Program-made: the position numbers and the translations under genes
The notes under the pieces: model-generated
What the model saw: only the letters and a program-made list of their open reading frames with translations
Told to the model about the DNA's origin: nothing
The model's database searches: none
Assembly: GCA_041650775.1 (NCBI GenBank)
Contig: JBAZKO010000001.1
Coordinates: forward strand, 65,259 to 129,258
Origin: Patescibacteria group bacterium
GTDB lineage: Bacteria > Patescibacteriota > Patescibacteriia > Patescibacteriales > UBA12465
Direction of reading: 5' to 3'
Length of the DNA stretch: 64,000 bases
In this document: positions 49,119 through 56,846 of the stretch, piece by piece
Layout of the letters: each line of letters starts with the position of its first letter
How positions within the stretch are numbered: the first letter of the stretch is position 1

Positions 49119-49747
49119 AAATTTTGACGCTGTTTCTTACTTTTGATCCATTTGACAATCTTCCAGCCGATCCACAAAATAACTAAAATTATCAGCCCCC
49201 AAGAAATTTCCCGATAATATCTTTCAATCAAGGCTTGATTGGCGCCCAAAAAATAACCGAGAGCGGACAAAACACTGACCCAGAGAGCGGCGCCCAACGC
49301 GGTATAAAATACAAACTGGCCGTAAGGCATCCGGCAGAAACCAGCCGGGATGGAAATCAAATGGCGGACGACCGGAATTAAACGCCCGAAAAAAGTGGCG
49401 GAACGGGAATTGCTTAAAAAATATTTTTCCGCGGCGGCGATTTTTTCCGGCGTGATAAGAAACAATTTTGCCCAGCGCGAAGCGGCCAATTTATAAATGA
49501 CTAGCCGACCCAAAGAACGGGACAAAATATAATTGACGGTTGCGCCGATAACGCTCCCCAAAGTTCCCGCTAATATGATAAGCGCTAAACTCATTTTTCC
49601 CTGGCTGGCCAGATACGCAGCCGGGGGAATGACTATCTCGGAAGGCAGAGGCAGAAAAGAACTTTCGATCGCCATTAAAATCGCCACGCCGGTGTAGCCG
49701 AGTCCCTGTGTCACCATCAAAACCCAATTGATTATGGCCGTTCCCAT
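49115..49747 (-). CDS. DedA-family membrane protein
   Basis: ESSFLPLPSE, FFGRLIPVVRHLISIPAG. Confidence 0.92.
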   Translation of the reverse strand: MGTAIINWVLMVTQGLGYTGVAILMAIESSFLPLPSEIVIPPAAYLASQGKMSLALIILAGTLGSVIGATVNYILSRSLGRLVIYKLAASRWAKLFLITPEKIAAAEKYFLSNSRSATFFGRLIPVVRHLISIPAGFCRMPYGQFVFYTALGAALWVSVLSALGYFLGANQALIERYYREISWGLIILVILWIGWKIVKWIKSKKQRQNF

Positions 49748-49811
49748 ATAGTTTAAGGCTTAAAATAACTACGTTGATTATATACCCCATAATATCATCC
49801 GCGTTGCCAAT

Positions 49812-50765
49812 ATGTCCACAAGAAATAAAAACAAAAGAATCCGCGTTATTTTCATGGGTACGCCGGAATTCGCCGTTCCCGGACTGCAGGCTCTTATCGC
49901 CGCGGCCGATTTGGAAATTGTCGGCGTTTTTACGCCGCCGGATAAACTGATCGGCCGCAAGCAAATTTTAACTCCGGCGCCGATAAAACGGGTGGCCTTG
50001 GAAAATAACCTGACGGTTTTCCAGCCGCCTAAAATAAAAACCGCGGCGGAAACAATAAAAAATCTGAAACCGGATTTAATCATAATTATCGCCTACGGCC
50101 AAATCATTCCCCAAGAAATATTAGATATTCCGCGCTACGGCTGTCTGAATATTCATGCTTCCCTGCTTCCCCGATACCGCGGCGCGGCCGTCTTAAACGC
50201 GCCGATTCTCAACGGCGATAAAGAAACTGGGGTGACGATCATGAAAATCGACGCCGGCCTTGACACCGGCCCCATTTTACGGCAAGCTAAAATACAATTG
50301 AACGGCCGAGAAATATTGGAAGATGTCCATGACCGGCTGGCAAAATTAGGGGCGGAGATATTGATTCCGACTATCCTTGATTTCGTCGCCGGAAAAATAA
50401 AACCGCGAGCACAGGATGATTCGCAAGCCACTTATGTTAAAACATTAAATAAGAAAGACGGGCAAATCGACTGGCAAAAACCGGCCGCGGAAATAGAGAG
50501 GATGATTCGCGCTTACAATCCCTGGCCAGGAACTTATTCCCGGTGGCAAGGGAAAAACCTCAAAATTATTACCGCGGCGACGGAAGTTTTGACGGTCAAT
50601 AAATATCAACCAGGCGAATTATTCCGACAAGAGCAAAATTTGGCGGTGCAATGCGGTCAGGACGCCTTAATTATATTAAAATTACAGCTGGAAGGAAAGA
50701 AAATTCTGACAGCCAGAGAATTTTTGGCGGGAAATTCCAAACTAGTTGGCCAAATTCTGGGATAA
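49812..50765 (+). CDS. fmt: Methionyl-tRNA formyltransferase
   Basis: FMGTPEFA, AYGQI, NIHASLLPRYRGA, GLDTG, RAYNPWPG. Confidence 0.96.
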   Translation: MSTRNKNKRIRVIFMGTPEFAVPGLQALIAAADLEIVGVFTPPDKLIGRKQILTPAPIKRVALENNLTVFQPPKIKTAAETIKNLKPDLIIIIAYGQIIPQEILDIPRYGCLNIHASLLPRYRGAAVLNAPILNGDKETGVTIMKIDAGLDTGPILRQAKIQLNGREILEDVHDRLAKLGAEILIPTILDFVAGKIKPRAQDDSQATYVKTLNKKDGQIDWQKPAAEIERMIRAYNPWPGTYSRWQGKNLKIITAATEVLTVNKYQPGELFRQEQNLAVQCGQDALIILKLQLEGKKILTAREFLAGNSKLVGQILG

Positions 50766-50782
50766 TTTTTTATTCCTATCAT

Positions 50783-50854
50783 GGTCCCTTCGTCTAACGG
50801 TTAGGACGCCAGGTTCTCATCCTGGCAACAGGGGTTCGATTCCCCTAGGGACTA
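50783..50854 (+). tRNA. tRNA-Glu (CTC), 3' end supplied by the integrated element
   Basis: CCAGG-TTCTCAT-CCTGG, GGTTCGATTCC; acceptor GGTCCCT/AGGGACT with a G-U first pair. Confidence 0.93.
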
Positions 50855-51002
50855 CTATCGGGGAACTGACTGGTGCCAGTTCTCTTTTTGTTTGTAGAAT
50901 TAGCGAAAGTTTAGGTGTTCGATTTCCTGTAAAATCAAAAATGGGTTTTTCGGGAAAAATCAAACTCTGTAATTTTAGTTTTTCTTGATAAATGGAGGCC
51001 AA
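50817..51002 (-). pseudogene. C-terminal remnant of a site-specific (large serine-type) recombinase, reading into the tRNA
   Basis: EKLKLQSLIFPE...RTPKLSLI...IVVPRGIEP; an in-frame stop just upstream and no catalytic domain; family assigned from recall. Confidence 0.65.
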
Positions 51003-51038
51003 ATCAAGAGGCAGATTTATTGGGGGTTTTTACTCTAT

Positions 51039-51108
51039 TTGACATAATTTAAATAATTTGTTATAATTATTTAAATTAAAAATGTAATTTAACAATAAAA
51101 AAAGGAGG
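51039..51108 (+). promoter_or_regulatory. Consensus sigma70 promoter and SD of the cargo gene
   Basis: TTGACA 51039-51044, 17 nt, TATAAT 51062-51067; AGGAGG 51103-51108. Confidence 0.75.
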
Positions 51109-51113
51109 CAAAG

Positions 51114-51704
51114 TTGAAAACCCTATTTGTTCTGTCTGGAATATTGTTTATTGCAGGATTTGTCCCTTATATAATTTCTATTTTACATAAAGAAACAAAA
51201 CCTGCAAAAGCATCTTGGATTATTTGGGTCGCTCTTGATACTATTACATTTGCCGGCATGCTCGTTAAAGAAACGGCCAACGGACAAATTATCGGTGCTG
51301 TTATAGGTGGCTGGTTAACAGTTATTCTCGCTTTAAAATATGGAATTTCTGGTTGGTCAAAATTGGACAAATTTTGTCTTGGCGGAGCTATTCTTGGAAT
51401 TGTCCTTTGGCAAACCTTTGATGATCCAGTTTTAGGAATATTAACAAGCCAGGGCGCAACATTCCTTGGCTCTATACCGACATTTCTATCTGCATGGAAA
51501 GACCCAAGTCGCGAAAATAAATTTGCCTGGACGATTTTCTTTGCGTCCTGCGTATGTGCAGTTATCGCAATACCTCATTGGACTTTAGCTGACGCAACAC
51601 AGCCAATCACGTTCTTTGTGGTAGAAAGCACAATGATGTATATTTTATTTATCCAACCTTTAGTAAAAAGGCGTTCAAAAAAAGCAATTCAAAGTTCCTT
51701 GTAG
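51114..51704 (+). CDS. Hypothetical 6-7 TM membrane protein (cargo of the element)
   Basis: TTG start after a strong SD; internal two-fold pattern PY...K.TKP..SW / PT..W.DP..E..W reminiscent of PQ-loop transporters. Confidence 0.75.
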   Translation: MKTLFVLSGILFIAGFVPYIISILHKETKPAKASWIIWVALDTITFAGMLVKETANGQIIGAVIGGWLTVILALKYGISGWSKLDKFCLGGAILGIVLWQTFDDPVLGILTSQGATFLGSIPTFLSAWKDPSRENKFAWTIFFASCVCAVIAIPHWTLADATQPITFFVVESTMMYILFIQPLVKRRSKKAIQSSL

Positions 51705-51726
51705 TCATGCTACTCGGAACTTTTTT
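51691..51726 (+). terminator. Terminator overlapping the cargo stop codon
   Basis: AAAGTTCC..GTAG..CTAC..GGAACTTT followed by a T-tract. Confidence 0.6.
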
Positions 51727-51802
51727 ATTTAAAAATTTCCGCCCATTTCTCAATTTCCCCAATAATCTCATTAAAATTTTGCGAAATTTCAGACCTTAAG
51801 AC
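51725..51802 (-). pseudogene. Displaced recombinase tail (attP-encoded C-terminus)
   Basis: Reads V-LRSEISQNFNEIIGEIEKWAEIFK* starting at the GAC core, in frame with the left remnant after circularisation. Confidence 0.6.
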
Positions 51803-51832
51803 CACCAATTAAAAAGCCCCCTTCTAATCCCC

Positions 51833-51882
51833 TTGACATCTATGTTAGAATAATATAACATAGAGTTATATAATTCTAACAT
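51833..51882 (+). promoter_or_regulatory. Promoter overlapped by a double palindromic operator
   Basis: TTGACA 51833-51838; ATGTTAGAATAATATAAC-ATAGA-GTTATATAATTCTAACAT, two GTTA-N8-TAAC sites. Confidence 0.7.
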
Positions 51883-51917
51883 CAAATTCGGACCTCAAAA
51901 ATCCGAAACAAAAATGT

Positions 51918-52490
51918 ATGACTAGCAAACAGTATCAAGGCTATAGAATCGCCATCGTCATCATGCTTTCAGCTTCTATTTCTGTCGCCATCAGTCTGGA
52001 AAACTATATTGCTCCGGTTATCGCGATAGCAGTCGGCCTAATTCTGATCAGGCTCGGCCGACAGAAAGTCAAAGAAGTGTTAGCGGACGAACGCGACTAT
52101 TATATGGCAGGAACCGCGGCGCGCTACAGCATTTCCATCTTTTCCGTTATTTTAGTAATCGGCATGTTTATCCTAATGGCTCTTCAGGATAAGAATCCGG
52201 AATTCGCCAACATCGCCATGCTTCTCGCTTATCTGACTTGCGGCCTAATGTTGCTTAACTCCGTCGTCTTTCATTTCCTCAAAACGCGCGAATCCGGTTC
52301 TAAGGTCGGCTTCGCCAAAAAATTCAAGCATTACCTTCCTTTTTTTCTGCTCGCCTTAATCGTCGCCATTATTCTTGCCATCGCCAGTTTAAGAATGTTT
52401 ACTCCCGAAGACGAATGGATTTGCGCCGATGGAAATTGGACTAAGCATGGCAATCCGAGCGCAACCAGGCCGACCGAAAAATGCCGCTAA
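51918..52490 (+). CDS. DUF2178-like membrane protein with a C-terminal disulfide module
   Basis: LADERD motif between TM pairs; ends [17 protein letters not shown]...C. Confidence 0.75.
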   Translation: MTSKQYQGYRIAIVIMLSASISVAISLENYIAPVIAIAVGLILIRLGRQKVKEVLADERDYYMAGTAARYSISIFSVILVIGMFILMALQDKNPEFANIAMLLAYLTCGLMLLNSVVFHFLKTRESGSKVGFAKKFKHYLPFFLLALIVAIILAIASLRMFTPEDEWICADGNWTKHGNPSATRPTEKCR

Positions 52491-52507
52491 GCGACAACTT
52501 CAATAGT

Positions 52508-52696
52508 ATGACTAACAATATAAAAGAATTACGCCTGCGTCATAATCTCACTCAGGAAGAGTTGGCACAGAAAGTCGGCGTCAGACGCGAAACAATATTA
52601 TTCTTGGAAGCTGGGAAGTATAATCCTTCGCTTAAATTGGCGCATGATACCGCCGCCGCTTTAGGCGTCACCGTCGACGAACTTTTCCGATTCTGA
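52508..52696 (+). CDS. XRE/Cro-C1 HTH transcriptional regulator
   Basis: NIKELR...[28 protein letters not shown]; alternative start at 52481. Confidence 0.9.
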   Translation: MTNNIKELRLRHNLTQEELAQKVGVRRETILFLEAGKYNPSLKLAHDTAAALGVTVDELFRF

Positions 52697-52793
52697 TATC
52701 TTATCCTTCTTCGGCTCTTGCCAAAAACAAAATCTTTTGTTATTATCGAATTTGTAATGAAACTGGCTTATTAACAGCCTTTTTATTTATATT

Positions 52794-52866
52794 GCGCCTA
52801 TAGCTCAGTTGGTAGAGCAGCTCCCTTTTAAGGAGATGGTCGTAGGTTCGAATCCTACTGGGCGCA
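52794..52866 (+). tRNA. tRNA-Lys (TTT)
   Basis: TAGCTCAGTTGGTAGAGC, CTCC-CTTTTAA-GGAG, GGTTCGAATCC. Confidence 0.93.
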
Positions 52867-52908
52867 CCGAATACTAAAAGTTCTTTAAAAAAACTAAATA
52901 AATAAATC

Positions 52909-53349
52909 ATGAAAAATATTTTACTGATTTTCTCATTGATCATGATAATCAATAGCGTCAGCCGGGCGCAATCGATTATTATGTCCAAACAAAGAACCTA
53001 TCTCCAAGAAGATATTGCTTTGTTGGAAAAGATGTCTAATCCGACCCCTTTTGATTCTCTCCTTGTTTTCAAAACTGTTAACCATCCCGATTACGAGCTT
53101 TGTCTTAAAATCGTGGAACAAGAATGCGATTTGGTTTATGAATTCGAAAAAACGATTCGAGCAAAAAAACCATTTTGGCGCTCTAGAAAAAAACACACAC
53201 TAAAAACGCAGACAGCGATGAATAATCTGAATATTTTTTACAGACAAACAAAACCAATCTTGGAAAATCTGGAAAAAAAATATACGGAGTTCTATAAGGA
53301 AACGCGTCGCAAACATCTGAACGAAAAGGGATTTTCCTTAAAACGTTAA
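52909..53349 (+). CDS. Hypothetical secreted, basic protein
   Basis: Signal peptide ending SRA-Q; AT-rich; preceded by GTTCTTTAAAA at 52880-52890. Confidence 0.65.
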   Translation: MKNILLIFSLIMIINSVSRAQSIIMSKQRTYLQEDIALLEKMSNPTPFDSLLVFKTVNHPDYELCLKIVEQECDLVYEFEKTIRAKKPFWRSRKKHTLKTQTAMNNLNIFYRQTKPILENLEKKYTEFYKETRRKHLNEKGFSLKR

Positions 53350-53358
53350 TTAAAGACC

Positions 53359-53384
53359 AAACCGGAATATACCAATCCGGTTTT
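53359..53384 (+). terminator. Intrinsic terminator
   Basis: AAACCGGA-N9-TCCGGTTTT. Confidence 0.65.
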
Positions 53385-53433
53385 ATTATTGCCAAAACTT
53401 CGAAAGTCTTCTATATTAATCAATAGCCCTAAG

Positions 53434-53506
53434 GCCGACTTAGCTCAGCTGGTAGAGCAGCTGTCTTGTAAACAGCAGGTCGTCGGTCCAAACCCGACAG
53501 TCGGCT
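53434..53506 (+). tRNA. tRNA-Thr (TGT)
   Basis: Acceptor GCCGACT/AGTCGGC; GCTGT-CTTGTAA-ACAGC; atypical T-loop TCCAAAC. Confidence 0.9.
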
Positions 53507-53530
53507 CATAAAAACTCCTGATTTCACCAT

Positions 53531-53556
53531 AAAAACCGCCTTTCTGGCGGTTTTTT
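53531..53556 (+). terminator. Terminator after tRNA-Thr
   Basis: AAAAACCGCC-TTTCT-GGCGGTTTTTT. Confidence 0.8.
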
Positions 53557-53566
53557 AAATCCTTAA

Positions 53567-53622
53567 TGTGGACAATCTGCGCAAAAACTGTGCTTGAAAA
53601 ATAAGCCGGCATAAGCTAAGAT
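53567..53622 (+). promoter_or_regulatory. Three phased DnaA-box-like 9-mers and the dnaB promoter
   Basis: TGTGGACAA 53567, TGCGCAAAA 53578, TGTGCTTGA 53589; TTGAAA-17-TAAGAT at 53594-53622. Confidence 0.5.
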
Positions 53623-53679
53623 AATAAAATGATAAAGTAAATTTAAGCTGGTCCTAAAATACCGTTAAATTCCAAGGAT

Positions 53680-55080
53680 ATGACCACAAACGATCAAAAT
53701 CTAATCGCCAAGGTTCCGCCGCATAGTTTGGAAGCTGAAGAATCTCTTCTCGGTTGTCTTCTGATTGATAAGGATGCCATCATTAAAGTAGCCGACAGCC
53801 TTATGCCGCAGGATTTTTATAAAGACGGCCATAAGATAATCTACGAGACCATAAAAGAAATATACGGCAATCAGGAACCGATCGATATTATAACTCTTTC
53901 CAACCGGTTGGAAGAAAAAAAGCAACTGCAAACTGTCGGCGGTCGGACTTATCTGGCTCAACTGTCCAATACGGTTGCTACTTCCGGCAATGCGACTAAC
54001 TATTCCGGCATTATCCAACGCAAAGCGACCCTGCGCCGCCTGCAACAAGCGGCCGCGGAAATTTCTTCTCTGAGCTTCAATGAAGAAAGAGAAATCGACG
54101 AAATCCTGGATGAAACCGAAAAAAAAGTTTTTGGCGTTTCCCGCAAATATTTAAAAAATGCTTTTTTGCCTTTAGATAATTTACTCACGGCGGCTTTTGA
54201 TCGCATTGACGAACTTCATAAACATAGCGGCAAACTGCGTGGCCTGTCCACCGGCTTCCCCGACCTGGATAATCTGCTGGCCGGCCTGCAGAAATCCGAC
54301 CTGATTATCTTGGCCGCGCGTCCTTCCGTCGGTAAAACCGCCCTGGCCTTGGATATCGCCCGCCAGGCGGCGATTAAAAGCAAGGAAGGGGTGGGTATCT
54401 TTTCTCTGGAAATGAGTAAGGAACAATTAGTGGATCGCATGCTCTGTTCCCAAGCTAATGTCAGCTTATGGAAGATGCGGACGGGAAACTTATCCGACAA
54501 AGAAGAGGACAATGATTTTGCCCGCATCGGCGAAGCGATGGGCAAATTGGCGGAGGCGCCGATTTATATCGACGATTCTGGTACGCTTTCGATTATGGAA
54601 ATCCGCGCCAAAGCGCGTCGTCTGCAAATGGAAAAAGGCCTAGGTCTTATCGTCATCGACTATCTGCAGTTAATGGAAGGCCGGGGAAAATACGGCGATA
54701 ACCGGGTTCAGGAAATTGCGGAAATCAGTCGTGGTTTGAAATCAATCGCCCGGGAACTGAATATCCCGATTCTGGCGCTCGCCCAACTTTCGCGAGCCGT
54801 GGAAATGACTCATCCGGCCATCCCGAGACTATCGCACCTGCGTGATTCCGGCTCTATCGAGCAGGACGCCGATGTCGTTATGTTTATTTATCGCAAAGCG
54901 GCTGACCGCGGCTATAATCCCAATGATCTGCCGCTAGATGAACGTTACCGGACGGAAATTCATATCGCCAAACATCGCAACGGCCCGACCGGAAAAGTTG
55001 ACTTGTTTTTCGATGAAAATACGGTCAGTTTCAGAAGTCTGACTAAGAAATCAAGCGAGCCGGCACCGGTGGAATTTTAA
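53680..55080 (+). CDS. dnaB: Replicative DNA helicase
   Basis: PPHSLEAE, AARPSVGKT, FSLEM, IDYLQL, QLSR, LRDSGSIEQDAD, KHRNGPTG. Confidence 0.97.
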   Translation: MTTNDQNLIAKVPPHSLEAEESLLGCLLIDKDAIIKVADSLMPQDFYKDGHKIIYETIKEIYGNQEPIDIITLSNRLEEKKQLQTVGGRTYLAQLSNTVATSGNATNYSGIIQRKATLRRLQQAAAEISSLSFNEEREIDEILDETEKKVFGVSRKYLKNAFLPLDNLLTAAFDRIDELHKHSGKLRGLSTGFPDLDNLLAGLQKSDLIILAARPSVGKTALALDIARQAAIKSKEGVGIFSLEMSKEQLVDRMLCSQANVSLWKMRTGNLSDKEEDNDFARIGEAMGKLAEAPIYIDDSGTLSIMEIRAKARRLQMEKGLGLIVIDYLQLMEGRGKYGDNRVQEIAEISRGLKSIARELNIPILALAQLSRAVEMTHPAIPRLSHLRDSGSIEQDADVVMFIYRKAADRGYNPNDLPLDERYRTEIHIAKHRNGPTGKVDLFFDENTVSFRSLTKKSSEPAPVEF

Positions 55081-55135
55081 TCATTTAATTATAATAATTT
55101 TAAAACCGGTTTCTAAACGCCGGCCATAATAATCT

Positions 55136-55411
55136 ATGTTCAGTAAATTAAAACAGTTTAAAGATTTACGCAGTCAGGCGAAAACCATGCAGAGCGCGCT
55201 GGCGGGCGAAACTATCACCGAAGAAAAAAAAGGCGTTAAAGTCGTTTTAAACGGCAACATGGAAGTGATTGACTTAAAGCTCGGCGATAACCTGTCTAAA
55301 GACTCCCAAGAAGATATTTTAAAAACTTGTTTTAACGATGCCCTAAAACGCGCCCAAAGACTGATGGCGAAAAAATTACAGGAAATGGGCGGCATCCCAG
55401 GAATGAATTAA
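55136..55411 (+). CDS. ybaB: YbaB/EbfC nucleoid-associated protein
   Basis: AKTMQ..L, VKVVLNG, NDAL..A; adjacent to recR. Confidence 0.85.
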   Translation: MFSKLKQFKDLRSQAKTMQSALAGETITEEKKGVKVVLNGNMEVIDLKLGDNLSKDSQEDILKTCFNDALKRAQRLMAKKLQEMGGIPGMN

Positions 55412-56005
55412 ATGAAATATCCGGCCGCCATCCAAAACTTAATAGAAAAGTTTTCTGAATTACCGAGCGTCGGTCCGAAAACGGCTGAGCGTTATGTTTT
55501 TTATTTATTGAAGCAAACGGACGAAAAACTAAAAAATTTGGCGACGGCGATTGGCGAATTAAAAGAAAAAACGACACTTTGCCATAGTTGCTTGGCTATC
55601 GCCGAGAAAAATCCTTGTCTGATTTGCGCTGATAAAAACCGCCGGACAGAAATTCTATGCTTAGTGGAGAATACTCGGGATTTGGCGGCGATTGAATCGA
55701 CCAGACAATACGACGGCCGCTATTTTGTGCTCGGCGGGCTGATCAACACTATCGATGAAGTCCGACCGGAAGATTTGAATATTGATAAACTAGTCAAAAA
55801 AATAAAAAGCGATAATATCAAAGAAATAATCCTGGCTCTAAATTTTACTTTGGAAGGTGAAACAACCGCCTTGTATCTAACTAAAATCTTAAAAGATCAT
55901 TTAAAAATCACCCGCTTAGCCAAGGGGCTACCGGCCGGCTCCGATTTGGAATATGCCGACGAAATCACCTTGACAAATGCTCTAAAAAACCGTAATATAA
56001 TCTGA
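55412..56005 (+). CDS. recR: Recombination mediator RecR
   Basis: LPSVGPKTAER, C4 zinc finger, EGETTA, GLPAG.DLEYAD. Confidence 0.95.
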   Translation: MKYPAAIQNLIEKFSELPSVGPKTAERYVFYLLKQTDEKLKNLATAIGELKEKTTLCHSCLAIAEKNPCLICADKNRRTEILCLVENTRDLAAIESTRQYDGRYFVLGGLINTIDEVRPEDLNIDKLVKKIKSDNIKEIILALNFTLEGETTALYLTKILKDHLKITRLAKGLPAGSDLEYADEITLTNALKNRNII

Positions 56006-56022
56006 ACAAACAAGGAGGTGAA

Positions 56023-56337
56023 ATGATAACCGGTTCTTTAATTCTGCTTTTTCTAACGGTAGTAATTTCGATGATTATAGTTCTGGGAGCAACTTACATT
56101 ATCGGCCGTTTCAATAAAAAAGTCGATCGTCAAATAAAATTTGAACTTAGCTGGTCTAACGTCCAAATATTATTAGACGATATTAAGTCGATGGTTAAAT
56201 GGATATTCCGAAGAAGATATATCCTGTTTCGAAAAAAGAAAATAGAAAAAATCTTATTTCGAAAAAAACGAACCATAATCAAGATATTTTTGCATCGCGT
56301 CACCAGGCGGCTGAAAAGAAGACAGCTGAAAAATTAA
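56023..56337 (+). CDS. Hypothetical single-TM, very basic protein
   Basis: Strong SD AGGAGGTG at 56013-56020; N-terminal TM; K/R-rich tail. Confidence 0.6.
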   Translation: MITGSLILLFLTVVISMIIVLGATYIIGRFNKKVDRQIKFELSWSNVQILLDDIKSMVKWIFRRRYILFRKKKIEKILFRKKRTIIKIFLHRVTRRLKRRQLKN

Positions 56338-56338
56338 A

Positions 56339-56371
56339 AAACCCGTTCCTAATAATTAAGAACGGGCTTTT
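56339..56371. terminator. Bidirectional terminator
   Basis: CCCGTTC...GAACGGG flanked by A and T tracts. Confidence 0.6.
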
Positions 56372-56395
56372 ATTTTATCGGCTAGTTTAAAAAAT

Positions 56396-56704
56396 CTAAG
56401 CGATTTTGAGAATCTTCAGAGCGGTAAATTTCTGGCGATGACCGACGGTTTTCTTATAGCGGGTCTTATTCTTATATTTGACAACCGTCACTTTCTGACC
56501 TTTAGCGGTTTCTAAAACTTCCGCTTCCACCTTTTCGCCCAAAGACGGCTGGCCCAATTCCAAACTGGAGCCGGTGGCGATTAAAAGAGTATCTAATTTA
56601 ACTTTCTGGCCGTTCTCCGCTTCCAGTTTTTCTACTTTGACGGTTTCCCCCTCCTGGACTTTATACTGTTTGCCGCCGGTCTTGATGATTGCGATTTTTG
56701 ACAT
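56396..56704 (-). CDS. rplU: 50S ribosomal protein L21
   Basis: AIIKTGGKQYKV, GHRQ. Confidence 0.96.
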   Translation of the reverse strand: MSKIAIIKTGGKQYKVQEGETVKVEKLEAENGQKVKLDTLLIATGSSLELGQPSLGEKVEAEVLETAKGQKVTVVKYKNKTRYKKTVGHRQKFTALKILKIA

Positions 56705-56846
56705 ATAAGACGTGTGTTAGAAATAAAAAATCAGAACTAAATCTGAACTAAGTTAATAATAGCAAATATTTGAAAAATGTCAACAAATGGGCTATGATTA
56801 ATTTGAGGTTTCAAGATAAAACAAAATAACCTAATATAAGCTAAAT

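Larger units (their letters stand above)
50850..51802. mobile_element. 950-bp non-autonomous integrative element in the tRNA-Glu 3' end
   Basis: Shared GAC core at 50850-50852 and 51800-51802; rejoining the flanks gives AGGGACC-A-CCA; recombinase-like fragments at both inner ends join in frame. Confidence 0.75.

Noticed and set aside
50746-50988. 80-aa plus-strand ORF over tRNA-Glu
   Set aside because: Shadow ORF of the tRNA and the recombinase remnant
51822-51833. TTCTAATCCCCT resembling the tRNA-Glu T-arm, as a possible attR
   Set aside because: Only 10/12 identity with no extension; the GAC-CACCA junction at 51800-51807 explains the element better
52743-52988. 81-aa minus-strand ORF
   Set aside because: Antisense to tRNA-Lys and the downstream gene; no recombinase-like sequence
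56733-56752. GAACTAA direct repeat in the rplU/murA divergent region
   Set aside because: Two 7-mers in AT-rich DNA with no supporting context
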